The position numbers and the translations under genes are program-made. Under the pieces are notes generated by a model. It was not told where the DNA came from and searched no databases. It saw only the letters and a list, made by a program, of their open reading frames with translations. This document shows positions 38,085-47,760 of a stretch of 61,079 nucleotides of DNA, piece by piece. Origin of the DNA: Hormoscilla sp. GTDB lineage: Bacteria; Cyanobacteriota; Cyanobacteriia; Cyanobacteriales; Desertifilaceae. Where the stretch lies: the NCBI GenBank assembly GCA_051439505.1, contig JBFRWI010000180.1:1-61079 (forward strand), read 5' to 3'. Within the stretch, counting starts at the first letter, position 1. Every line of letters begins with the position of its first letter.

Positions 38085-39077
38085 ATGAATTCAGCCCTAG
38101 ACAAGATTCCCGTATCGGTCCTGATTCCCGCGAAAAACGAAGAGCGCAATATTCGGGCTTGCCTGGAAAGCCTGAAGCGGGCAGATGAAATTTTTGTAGT
38201 AGATTCCCAAAGTAGCGATCGGACGGAAGAGATAGCCCTTAGCTTCGATAAAGATCCTGATTATGGCCAAGTGAGAGTGGTTCAGTTTGAGTACAATGGG
38301 GGCTGGCCGAAAAAGAAAAACTGGTCCTTAAAACACCTGGAATTCCGCAACGAGTGGGTGCTGATAGTTGATTGTGACGAGCGCATTACCCCCGAACTAT
38401 GGGATGAGATTGCTACTGCCATCCAAAATCCCGACTACAACGGTTACTACCTCAACCGGAAAGTTATTTTCCTAGGCAAATGGATTCGTTACGGTGGCAG
38501 GTATCCAGACTGGAATCTGCGCCTGTTCAAGCAGGAAAAAGGTCACTACGAAAACCTAGGAACCGAGGGAGTTTATAAAACTGGCGACAACGAAGTTCAC
38601 GAGCACGTGATCTTAGAAGGGACAGCGGGATACCTGAAAAATGACATGCTGCACGAGGACTTCAGAAACATATATGAATGGTTAGGGCGACATAACCGTT
38701 ATTCTAACTGGGAAGCTCGGGTTTATTACAATATTCTCAATGATATTAGGCCACGGGACACCCTACCTCCCAATCTATTCGGCGATGCAGTGCAGCGCAA
38801 ACGCTTTCTCAAACAAATTTGGGTGCGGTGGGTGCCTTTTAAGCCCACGCTTAGGTTTATATTGCACTACTTCCTACAACTAGGATTTCTCGATGGTAAA
38901 GCGGGTTACTTATATGCGCGGCTACTCAGTCAGTATGAGTTTCAAATTGGTGTAAAACTATATGAGTTACGCAAGTTTGGCGGTCAGATAAACCCGAAAA
39001 AAGATACAGCAGTTGCTATTCCTCAGTCAGATGAATCAACAGTTTCCCCATCCCCCATCAACTCCCGATCCAGTTGA
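38085..39077 (+). CDS. Family 2 glycosyltransferase
   Basis: LIPAKNEE, VVDSQSSD, VDCDER and EVHEH. Confidence 0.92.
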   Translation: MNSALDKIPVSVLIPAKNEERNIRACLESLKRADEIFVVDSQSSDRTEEIALSFDKDPDYGQVRVVQFEYNGGWPKKKNWSLKHLEFRNEWVLIVDCDERITPELWDEIATAIQNPDYNGYYLNRKVIFLGKWIRYGGRYPDWNLRLFKQEKGHYENLGTEGVYKTGDNEVHEHVILEGTAGYLKNDMLHEDFRNIYEWLGRHNRYSNWEARVYYNILNDIRPRDTLPPNLFGDAVQRKRFLKQIWVRWVPFKPTLRFILHYFLQLGFLDGKAGYLYARLLSQYEFQIGVKLYELRKFGGQINPKKDTAVAIPQSDESTVSPSPINSRSS

Positions 39078-39645
39078 GGCGACGTTGGATGCAGCACCCT
39101 GGGTCGATTTACGCCAATACGACCAATCTGGGTTCTCCCGGGGACGCCCTGCTTGGTTTGTGCTGATCTGGTGGTTGGTGCAAGCGGTGGCGTTCCCTTT
39201 AACTCTGCACAATTTTAATATGTTGCGGAGTGCTTTGCTGCGACTGTTTGGGGCGAAAATTGGTAAGGGCGTTGTCATTCGCCCTACTGCGAGATTTACT
39301 TTTCCCTGGAAAGTGGAAATTGGCGATTATAGCTGGATTGGTGATGATGTGGTTTTATATAGTCTGGACTATATCCGCATTGGTCAGCACTCGGTTATTT
39401 CCCAGAAAAGTTACCTCTGTACTGGCAGTCATGACTCCCAAGACCGGGCTTTTAGCTTGATTACTGCTCCTATTACTATTGGTAATGGGGTATGGGTGGC
39501 CACGGACTGCTTTGTGGGTCCGGGAGTGGAAGTTGGGGCGAATTCTGTGATTGGTACCCGCAGCACTGTCTTGCGATCGCTTCCTTCCGGTCAAGTTTGC
39601 TGGGGGACTCCCTGTCGTCCCCAACATCCCAGGAATATGAAATAA
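39031..39645 (+). CDS. hpsU: WcaF-like acetyltransferase (hormogonium polysaccharide, HpsU-like)
   Basis: LLRLFGAKIG..V.IRP...FPWK, hexapeptide repeats and LCTGSHD. Confidence 0.75.
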   Translation: MNQQFPHPPSTPDPVEATLDAAPWVDLRQYDQSGFSRGRPAWFVLIWWLVQAVAFPLTLHNFNMLRSALLRLFGAKIGKGVVIRPTARFTFPWKVEIGDYSWIGDDVVLYSLDYIRIGQHSVISQKSYLCTGSHDSQDRAFSLITAPITIGNGVWVATDCFVGPGVEVGANSVIGTRSTVLRSLPSGQVCWGTPCRPQHPRNMK

Positions 39646-39671
39646 ATTTTAGTCAGCCCGCCGGGGGTTCA

Positions 39672-39746
39672 AACTTCACTCTTGCTGTTGTAAATCCTCC
39701 ATTCCCCTGGCGATCGCCACCTTAAGCTCGGGCACTCTCTGCTGAG
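39672..39746 (-). pseudogene. Diverged duplicate of the 3' end of the HepT gene
   Basis: Near-identical to 39867-39941, with a few substitutions. Confidence 0.8.
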
Positions 39747-39870
39747 CCCGGGGGACACATACCGAACCCTAAAGGGCCCGGCTACAGGAACAAAGCCCGC
39801 CTGCGCGGGCTAGATTACAAAAGCTACCTTTGTAGGTTGGGTTGAGGCACGAAACCCAACAGCATCAACT

Positions 39871-40224
39871 TCACTCTTGCTGTTGTAAATCCTCCATTAC
39901 CCTGGCGATCGCGACCTTAAGTTCGGGGACTCTCTGCTGAGTTGTTTTCCATAAAATATTGACATCTATACCCCAATACTCATGGACTAACTTATCTCGC
40001 ATTCCGGCTATAGGTTTCCAGGAGATTTCCGGATAATTGCTTCTGATGGAGTCAGGAACATTCTTAACCGCCTCACCAATAATCTCAATCCCTTTCACTA
40101 CCGCAAATATTTTTTCTTCATTTTGGACAAAATCCTCAAACTCTACCTCTGTCATGAATCTTTCGATCGCACTAATAGCCGCCATAATATCTTGAAGCGA
40201 CTCTGTCAAATCTCTCTTATTCAT
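39871..40224 (-). CDS. HepT-like (DUF86/HEPN) ribonuclease toxin
   Basis: EIIGEAVK and GMRDKLVHEY (RX4HXY). Confidence 0.92.
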   Translation of the reverse strand: MNKRDLTESLQDIMAAISAIERFMTEVEFEDFVQNEEKIFAVVKGIEIIGEAVKNVPDSIRSNYPEISWKPIAGMRDKLVHEYWGIDVNILWKTTQQRVPELKVAIARVMEDLQQQE

Positions 40225-40514
40225 ACATAAACGACCTCAGACAAAATCCGCTCTCTGAGTCGGGGTTTCAATCCATTTTTGGTCACCACATCCACTGGCA
40301 CCCCCAGGCGATCGCTGAGTTCCTCTTCCAGTTCCAGGAGTTCGATCAGGTCAGGAGCTTCTATATAATCTATCAGAACATCGACATCACTATCGGCATT
40401 TTGTTCGCCTCTGACATAGGAGCCAAATATTCCCAAGTCCGTCACTTGGTATTTTCGGAGAGCAATGGATTTATACTGACTCAGGTTTTCCTTGATTTCT
40501 GCCAATGTTTTCAT
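40221..40514 (-). CDS. MntA-like minimal nucleotidyltransferase antitoxin
   Basis: FGSYVRGEQ..DSDVD and VDVV. ATGA overlap with the toxin. Confidence 0.92.
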   Translation of the reverse strand: MKTLAEIKENLSQYKSIALRKYQVTDLGIFGSYVRGEQNADSDVDVLIDYIEAPDLIELLELEEELSDRLGVPVDVVTKNGLKPRLRERILSEVVYV

Positions 40515-40648
40515 CCTGTCGGACCTCCTGATTGAGAATTAATGATCTCTAGATTATAATATGTTACTGGCTCGGGCTGTTCCATCCCATGGGGTAAGTG
40601 CTGAAGCCACATGATGTAAAATATAACAACGGATGAGAGGTTGGCGAG

Positions 40649-43495
40649 ATGACTCAGGAAGATCGGGTAGAGTTTCTGTTACAGCAAGGACATGAACAAC
40701 TGGATATCGGACAGTATTCAGCAGCGCTAGCAACTTTCCAGCAGGCGGCGGCCCGGGAACCGGATAACCCCCAGGTGTTGTATGGGTTGGGTTTGGCATG
40801 CTTTCGGTTGGAACGATATCGGGAGTCGGTGAAATATCTGACGAATGCGTTGCAAGTGCGGTCATCCTACATTTTGGCATTGGCGCGGCGGGGAATGGCC
40901 TACCAAGAGTTGAATGAGAATGAGCAGGGAAGGGCAGATTTTGAGCGGGCTATTTCTATTGAACCTCAAGATTATGAAGATTGGCGAGGTCGAGGAATCG
41001 CTTTGAAGGAGTTGGAACGTTATGAAGAGGCGATCGCATCCTATGACAAGGCGATTGAAATCCAACCTGATTATTACGAAGCATACAATAATCGTGGAGC
41101 TTTGCTATGTGACTGTCTAAAGCGATATGAAGAGGCGATCGCATCTTATGAAAAGGCTCTTCAAATCAAACCTGACGACCACAATGCCTGGGTAGACAGG
41201 GGCGTTGCGCTGTATTGTTTAGGAGGACATGAAGAGTCGCTCGCATCTTACGATAAGGCTCTTCAAATTAAACCTGACGACCACAATGCCTGGGACAACA
41301 GGGGCATTGCGCTGTGTTATTTAGGACGGAATGAAGACGCGATTATATCCTACGAGAAGGCGATAGAAATCAAACCTGACAACCACAATGCCTGGGGACA
41401 CAGGGGCGGTGCGCTGTATTATTTAGGACGAAATGAAGAGGCGCTCGCATCTTTTGACAAGGCGATAGAAATCAAACCTGACGACTACGAGGCATGGGGA
41501 AACAGGGGCGTTGCGCTGAATTATTTAGGAAGGAATGAAGAGGCGCTCGCATCTTATGACAAGGCGATTAAAATCAAACCTGACTTCCACTTAGCCTGGG
41601 GAAACAGGGGTATTGCGCTGAATGATTTAGGACGATATGAAGAGGCGATCGCGGACTTTGATCGTGCCTTAATCTTAACTCATAATCAAGACAGAGATGC
41701 TTGGCGCAGTCGAGGTATAGCACTCATCAAATCAGGACGATACGAAGCTGCCATAAAAAACTGGGCTGACGGCATTTTCGCCCTCCAGCCCCAAACACCT
41801 GATTATCAACAAGGTGTGGGCGAGTTGCATCTTATTAAAGCATCTTACCAGTATCTATATGGAAAAAAACAGCCATCCAAGCGCTTCCCCTCTTGGTTTG
41901 AGGCAAAACAAAGCTACGAAGCGGCCCTCAAATTCCTAACTTTCCAGGAGTTTCCCCTGCGCCATCTTGAAGTCTTGCAAGAATACCTGGAAGTTTGCAA
42001 CGCCCTGGGGGACAGCAAAACCATTCAGGAACGTTTGGAAAAAGGAACCCAGCAGCTAGAAGAGTTGCTGCGCCAGTGCGAAGTCCTCGGACAGAAAATC
42101 ACCCTATCTCATAAATTCGCCGCCTTCGACCAATTGCGGGTCGATGCCAAAGCTGAGTCCTCAGACAAGCAGCAGCAAATTCAAGCCTTAGAATTAGCAG
42201 AACGCCGCAAAAATACTTGCCTCAGTTGGTATCAACACGGTTGGCAACGGGCAGTTCCCGAAACCACCTATAAAGAGATGCAACAGCTACTGAACCGCAA
42301 AACTGCCATCATTTACTGGCATCTCAGCCCCGCTGCCATTACTACCTTTATCCTGCGGTACAAAAAACCTCCCATCGTCCAGACACTCAAACCAGAATCA
42401 TCTCCTCAGAAGCGTTCCTTTTTCGGTCGTCCCCGTCGGCAGGCAACATCCGCAGAAACTGCTAATCTCAAAGCTGCCCAGCAGTTGGAAAAAGTTGAAG
42501 AATGGATGGAAACCTGGCAACGGGACTATCAAAATTACCGCGAAGCCAAGGAAAAAAATACATCTCCTTGGCGCGTGCAAATGCCTTCCCGCTTGAACTT
42601 GCTAGCAGAAATTTTGGATATCAAGGCAATTTTGCCCCATTTGCAAGGCATAGAACAACTAATTCTGATTCCCCACCGCCAACTGCACCTACTGCCCCTC
42701 CATTATCTATTTAATATTGTCGCCCAGCAGCAGTTCGCCATCAGCTATTTACCCAGCGCCCGCATCGGCATCGATCTCCAACGGCAAGCTACTTCCCAGG
42801 CAAATTATCTGCTGAATGTGGAACAGGCAGGGCTACTCTTTACCGACCTACAACATGCAACTATTTCCCAGTTGTTCCCCAATTCCCAAAACCTGCGGGG
42901 ACCAGCAGTTACCCCCGCCGACTTAATCAAGGCCCTTTCGAGTGGTTCAGGCATCTTTCACTTCGCAGGTCACGCCGACCACGATCTTCAGGATCCTCTC
43001 AACTCCGCTTTACAATTAATGAACGCAGAAAAACTGACTCTGAAGGATATCTTCACCGTCACCTTAAGCAATTATCACCTGGTCTGTCTCTCCGCTTGCG
43101 AAACTGGCATGACCAGTCAGCAAAACCTGATTGATGAATATGTAGGGTTAGTGAGTGGTTTTGTCAGAATGGGCGTCACCCACGTCCTCAGCAGTCTCTG
43201 GACCGTTCAAGAGGATGTCACTACCATGCTGTTGATTCGGTTTTACCAGTTTCTCAAGCTTGGAGTCGCGCCGGTACTGGCCCTGCAACAGGCCCAAGAG
43301 TGGTTGCGTAGCGTCACCAACAGCGATCTCGCCCAATGGTATGGGGACTTGGCAGATGAGTTTTCCGGGCCCAAGAGAATTAAGCGTATAATCAACGGCA
43401 AAGCCAATTCTTTTGCTAAGATGGAGGGAAGCGAGTACCCCTATGCCCATCCTTATTATTGGGCCGCCTACTTCCTGACCGGTATAGAAAGGTAA
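40649..43495 (+). CDS. TPR-repeat plus CHAT (caspase-like) protease
   Basis: About ten 34-aa TPRs, LILIPH..LH.LP, HFAGH (His), LSACETG (Cys), SSLW.V and HPYYWAAY. Confidence 0.93.
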   Translation: MTQEDRVEFLLQQGHEQLDIGQYSAALATFQQAAAREPDNPQVLYGLGLACFRLERYRESVKYLTNALQVRSSYILALARRGMAYQELNENEQGRADFERAISIEPQDYEDWRGRGIALKELERYEEAIASYDKAIEIQPDYYEAYNNRGALLCDCLKRYEEAIASYEKALQIKPDDHNAWVDRGVALYCLGGHEESLASYDKALQIKPDDHNAWDNRGIALCYLGRNEDAIISYEKAIEIKPDNHNAWGHRGGALYYLGRNEEALASFDKAIEIKPDDYEAWGNRGVALNYLGRNEEALASYDKAIKIKPDFHLAWGNRGIALNDLGRYEEAIADFDRALILTHNQDRDAWRSRGIALIKSGRYEAAIKNWADGIFALQPQTPDYQQGVGELHLIKASYQYLYGKKQPSKRFPSWFEAKQSYEAALKFLTFQEFPLRHLEVLQEYLEVCNALGDSKTIQERLEKGTQQLEELLRQCEVLGQKITLSHKFAAFDQLRVDAKAESSDKQQQIQALELAERRKNTCLSWYQHGWQRAVPETTYKEMQQLLNRKTAIIYWHLSPAAITTFILRYKKPPIVQTLKPESSPQKRSFFGRPRRQATSAETANLKAAQQLEKVEEWMETWQRDYQNYREAKEKNTSPWRVQMPSRLNLLAEILDIKAILPHLQGIEQLILIPHRQLHLLPLHYLFNIVAQQQFAISYLPSARIGIDLQRQATSQANYLLNVEQAGLLFTDLQHATISQLFPNSQNLRGPAVTPADLIKALSSGSGIFHFAGHADHDLQDPLNSALQLMNAEKLTLKDIFTVTLSNYHLVCLSACETGMTSQQNLIDEYVGLVSGFVRMGVTHVLSSLWTVQEDVTTMLLIRFYQFLKLGVAPVLALQQAQEWLRSVTNSDLAQWYGDLADEFSGPKRIKRIINGKANSFAKMEGSEYPYAHPYYWAAYFLTGIER

Positions 43496-43498
43496 CTT

Positions 43499-43802
43499 GG
43501 GTGCATCTCACTTGGGTGTGGTCAAAACCAGTTGATAGTTCTAGGGCCTCGGAAGCCGCCGGATCCCCCCCAAACCCCCCCTTCCAAAAGGGGGGGCTTC
43601 CGGAAGCCCCCCTTTTTAAGGGGGGTTTGGGGGGATCCTCTACAACTACTTTTGACCACACCCATCTCACTTGGGCACGGGCGAAGCATTCCGGCACAAT
43701 ATTTTTCATTTGATGTCGCAATTTGCTCGCCGGAATGCTAGCTGCTGCGCAGCCGCTGCGCTAACGCCCCTACGGGTTATTCTGCCTCTATGAGATGCAC
43801 CC
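43499..43802. mobile_element. MITE with TIR GGGTGCATCTCA and an 8-bp TSD (one mismatch), hosting a nested MITE
   Basis: GGTAACTT at 43491-43498 versus GGTAAATT at 43803-43810. A related copy lies at about 44276-44383. Confidence 0.7.
43514..43663. mobile_element. MITE with TIR GGGTGTGGTCAAAA and a 9-bp TSD, nested in another MITE
   Basis: ATCTCACTT is duplicated at 43505-43513 and 43664-43672. Internal poly-C/poly-G palindromes. Confidence 0.88.
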
Positions 43803-43839
43803 GGTAAATTGGCAACCATCACAATCGGGAGATGATACT

Positions 43840-44268
43840 ATGGTCTCAGAGTTAATGCTCAATCAAATTGACTGGCTGACTTTATCGGCTTTCTTACAGA
43901 CTATCGGCGATCTAGACGCGCCGCTACCAGAAGAAACGATATCTCAAATTAACGAAATCGGACGGGCCTTAAGCAATGGAGACCGGGATGCAATTGACCA
44001 AATAGAGGAGATAGCAGACCAGTTGCCTCTCATCAAAACTAAGTATGAAACCATCTGCGAACAGTTGCAAGAACAATTGCAAGCTAAGTACAAACCTCAA
44101 GAACTGCCGATTCCGCGCCAGCGAGAAACAGCGGACGCAGAACTGCAAAGTATCTTAGAAAATGTTGTGCTTCCTTCCCTGACAGATCCTGACCCCAAAG
44201 CTGCTGCGAAAACCCGCAAGCAGAAAATTAAAGAGATTTTCATGAAGATATTCAAGAATGATAATTAA
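43840..44268 (+). CDS. Small helical hypothetical protein downstream of the CHAT protease
   Basis: 142-aa acidic helical ORF with a GGGAG RBS before ATG 43840. Confidence 0.7.
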   Translation: MVSELMLNQIDWLTLSAFLQTIGDLDAPLPEETISQINEIGRALSNGDRDAIDQIEEIADQLPLIKTKYETICEQLQEQLQAKYKPQELPIPRQRETADAELQSILENVVLPSLTDPDPKAAAKTRKQKIKEIFMKIFKNDN

Positions 44269-44453
44269 TCCGATCGGGTGCATCTCATAGAAGCTTAGTT
44301 AGACACAGCCCGAACCCTAAAGGGCCCGGCTACAGGCACAAAGCCCGCCTGCGCGGGCTAGATTATAAAAGTGAGATGTCCCCGCAAAAATGGTATAATA
44401 GTCACAGAGATAATCGTAAAAATTTGGGGCTCTACTAAAAAGACTTTTGAATT

Positions 44454-44873
44454 ATGTCAGCAAAAGATATCTTTCACGACAACGCGCGAACTGCTTTAGA
44501 AAAAGATGGATGGATAATTACTAAGGATCCTCTGTTTTTAACTCTGACTAAACAATTTAAGATTAACATAGACCTGGGAGGACAAAAGTTACTTTCTGCT
44601 GAAAAAGACACCCGCAAGATAGCAGTGGAAATCAAAAGTTTTGTTGGGAAATCTGCTGTTTCAGAATTCCATACGGCTGTCGGTCAATTTCTTAATTATA
44701 GTTTAGCATTAGAACAATTGGAACCAGAACGAGTGCTTTATCTGGCTGTACCTAGTGATGTATATCAAGATTTTTTTACAGATTCGTTTGTGCAAGCAGT
44801 ACTGGAACGATATCAGATCAAGGTGTTGGTTTTTCACATTCAAAAAGAGGAGATAATATTATGGAAGGACTAG
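44454..44873 (+). CDS. xisH: XisH family protein
   Basis: AKDIFH..AL.KDGW.IT.DP, IAVEIKSF and GQFLNY. Confidence 0.93.
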   Translation: MSAKDIFHDNARTALEKDGWIITKDPLFLTLTKQFKINIDLGGQKLLSAEKDTRKIAVEIKSFVGKSAVSEFHTAVGQFLNYSLALEQLEPERVLYLAVPSDVYQDFFTDSFVQAVLERYQIKVLVFHIQKEEIILWKD

Positions 44874-45193
44874 ATTATCGCGAATTGGTTCAGAAAATTA
44901 TTCGTCAACACGCCCGCGAACAGTCTGAAGAAAATCTAGAAAATGCTGAAATTGTTTTCGATACCGAACGCGATCGCTATTTATTGTTGTATGTGGGATG
45001 GCATGATGAAGATCGCATGCACGGATGTCCAATTCATATCGACATTAAGGATGGTAAAATTTGGATTCAGCGGGATTTTACTGAAGAAGGTTTGGCTTAT
45101 CAGTTGGTAGAATTAGGCGTGCCGAAAACCGATATTGTTTTGGGATTTCGGGCTCCTTATGTGCGACAATTTACAGAGTTTGCCGTAGCTTAA
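44861..45193 (+). CDS. xisI: XisI family protein
   Basis: FDTERDRY, IHIDIKDGKIWIQ and GVPKTDIVLGF. Confidence 0.93.
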   Translation: MEGLDYRELVQKIIRQHAREQSEENLENAEIVFDTERDRYLLLYVGWHDEDRMHGCPIHIDIKDGKIWIQRDFTEEGLAYQLVELGVPKTDIVLGFRAPYVRQFTEFAVA

Positions 45194-45262
45194 ATCCCTC
45201 CCCACTACTGCTGCAAACCCGCAAGCAGAAAATCAAATAGATTATTATGAGTAGATTCTGGA

Positions 45263-46726
45263 ATGTTAATTAATCCGATCGTAGATTTATTTGCGTACAG
45301 CCTCGCAGAGGGGCTGGGAGATAGTGAAAAGCGACGGGCGATCCGCCAGGAAGTTTTTGCTTCTAACTTCCCGCCCCCACTGCAAGGTTTGCTACAAACT
45401 GCTTTCGACAATGAAGCTGCTGTTCGCAATCCTAAATATACCCTGTTACTTAAGGAATTAGCCGATCGAGCTGAAAATCATTATCCCCTGAATAATCCCA
45501 TTATCATCGCCGAACAGCCCCTGGACGGTTATTATTATCCGGTGCTTTTGGGTGATAGCTACGGGTTGTTGTTTGAATGCTTCCTTGACTGTCAAGGTAC
45601 TGACAAATCTTTCCAGATCGGGATTTTACCAGAACTGAAGAAACAAGTGATTAAACCCTTGCAGTCCCCGGACTCTCAAGGAGAACCGATCGCGGGGGAT
45701 CTGGGTAAAACTTGGACGATCTCTGGTTGGAAAGATCCTGATGTCGGGGAAACCACTGCCGAAATTGCCGAACAAGTATATCGGGCTTTCATGTCTGGAG
45801 AAATGGGCGATACTACCCAGCTTACTCGTGATTGGCAGCAGCGAAAAGAGGGAAAATTCCTCGGCAACTCGGTGTTTGAAATCTGGCGATCGCCCCAAAA
45901 ATGGGAAAAGGAAGAAGAAGGGTTGCATGTTATCATCATCATCTATGAAAATCGGCATATGCCTACGGAAGATGACATAGCATTATTTTACGATGATTGG
46001 CTGCGACTGTGGTGCTACCGCCACAAGATCGTCTGGGCTTATAGGCGCAGTCGGGAATTAAAGCAGTTATTGCGATCAGGTTTCCAAGAGATCCGGGAAG
46101 CGGTGCAAACGGTCAAGCAGAAAGCTAATTTGCAGCAGTTGCAAGCAACCTTGGAATCAAAACTGGAACCATTTTCAGATTATGTCTTGCGTCTGAACGA
46201 ACTGAAAACCCAATTACATACGATCGCTATTAACCTGCAAAACTATGAAAAAAGCTTGAAATTTATCGAAGCTGCTGGTAGCAAGATTGGAGAGACGAAA
46301 CTGGAGGCGATCGGGGAATCATTCCAGAAAGATGTTCGGGAAATATACACAGAACAGATCCAGCAAGACTATGAAAGCTTTGCCGGAGGAGTGGCAGTAA
46401 TAGACACCATTATGGATACAATTAAAGCCATTGTCGAGATCCAACAAGCAAAGCGCGATCGCAGCTTTCAAAATACGATCGGCATAGTGGGAGTAGGCTT
46501 GGGAGTAGGGGCGATCGCCCAATCATCCATATCCGACTACGTGAAAGAAAATATCACGCCACAGGCATTAGCAAAGGCAAATATAAAAGTACCAGAAGCT
46601 TGGCATCCCTGGGTACAGCCTGGGTTTTCCTTCAGTTTCAGTGTGGCAGTAGTAATTTTGTGTAGTATAATGACAGCCATAGCGATCGGCTTGTGGCAAG
46701 GACCGCAGGAACGTCAGGGAAAATGA
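45263..46726 (+). CDS. Hypothetical protein with an alpha/beta N-domain, long coiled coils and two C-terminal TM helices (CorA-like layout)
   Basis: 487-aa ORF with a helical stalk ending ..AKRDRSFQNTIGIVGVGLGVGAI and a second TM near the C-terminus. Confidence 0.7.
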   Translation: MLINPIVDLFAYSLAEGLGDSEKRRAIRQEVFASNFPPPLQGLLQTAFDNEAAVRNPKYTLLLKELADRAENHYPLNNPIIIAEQPLDGYYYPVLLGDSYGLLFECFLDCQGTDKSFQIGILPELKKQVIKPLQSPDSQGEPIAGDLGKTWTISGWKDPDVGETTAEIAEQVYRAFMSGEMGDTTQLTRDWQQRKEGKFLGNSVFEIWRSPQKWEKEEEGLHVIIIIYENRHMPTEDDIALFYDDWLRLWCYRHKIVWAYRRSRELKQLLRSGFQEIREAVQTVKQKANLQQLQATLESKLEPFSDYVLRLNELKTQLHTIAINLQNYEKSLKFIEAAGSKIGETKLEAIGESFQKDVREIYTEQIQQDYESFAGGVAVIDTIMDTIKAIVEIQQAKRDRSFQNTIGIVGVGLGVGAIAQSSISDYVKENITPQALAKANIKVPEAWHPWVQPGFSFSFSVAVVILCSIMTAIAIGLWQGPQERQGK

Positions 46727-46947
46727 AAGGTTGCATCTCTTTTCGGAGGTTGGGTTGACAGCAAACCCAACGGGCGATCGCGTACACTGCAATGTCAGAA
46801 TTAAGAAACGGGGTTTCTGGGCTACTCGCCTATTCCCAGCAAAGACAATCATGGCACTTGACAGATGCAATCATTGATGGTACATGATGATTGGAGGCTC
46901 TACCTCTATACCCATCGTTCCCAGCCAGAAACTGGAAACGAGATGTA

Positions 46948-47460
46948 ATGGAGAACACAGTTAGGAAAGTAACGCAGATGGTGGAGAAAATTACTGAATT
47001 ATTAGAACCGATCGCATCCTGGTTCCGGACCCTGGGTCTCCCAGAACCGATCGTACATTGGGGACATCCCCTGATGATGGCGATCGTGGTATTTATCCTG
47101 GGAAGTTTTGTGGCCGTTGTCGGATGGCGGGGACGAGTGGTGGCCGATGAGGAGGCCGCTGTCAAAAGTCGGAAGGCCCACCGGAAACTGGCACCTTGGT
47201 TGTTTCTGTTCTTGGCCGCTGGCTACACTGGCGGCGTCTTGTCTCTGGTGATGCAAGAAGAACATATTTTTTCTAGCCCCCATTTTTGGACCGGATCGGT
47301 TGTCCTAGTATTATTGGCCATCAATGGACTGATCTCCGCGACCGGTTTTGGAGGTGACAAGGCAGCTTTCCGTACTACTCATGCCTACTTGGGTACAGCC
47401 GCGATCGCGATTTTGTTTGTCCATGCTATTCTAGGCTTAAAGCTGGGTTTGTCTATTTAA
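46948..47460 (+). CDS. DUF4079 family membrane protein
   Basis: HWGHPLMM, HRKLAPW, SPHFWTG and HAYLG. The start could be 46948 or 46978. Confidence 0.82.
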   Translation: MENTVRKVTQMVEKITELLEPIASWFRTLGLPEPIVHWGHPLMMAIVVFILGSFVAVVGWRGRVVADEEAAVKSRKAHRKLAPWLFLFLAAGYTGGVLSLVMQEEHIFSSPHFWTGSVVLVLLAINGLISATGFGGDKAAFRTTHAYLGTAAIAILFVHAILGLKLGLSI

Positions 47461-47760
47461 TCCAGAAGCGTTGCGGCCCCCCGAACCCTAAAGGGTCCGG
47501 CTACTTGAACTTAGCCCGCCTGCGCGGGCTTAATTACAAAAGTGCAGTGTACCCCGCTTTAGCGCTTACTACGAACCTCGAAGCGCTTTAGCGCTTACTA
47601 CGAACATTATCGGAGCGATTTTCCGACAGTTGGAAAAGATGGATCGCCGAAAATAAATTCCATGGTCCCCCGCATAGCAGTTTCCTTCACTAACTTTGTA
47701 TTTCCCAATCACTACAGTTGGCAAGAGCCCAATATTCCCTCTTGGTAATGATATTAAATA

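Noticed and set aside
44454..45193. xisHI as a developmentally excised element
   Set aside because: No recombinase or interrupted target gene in the window.
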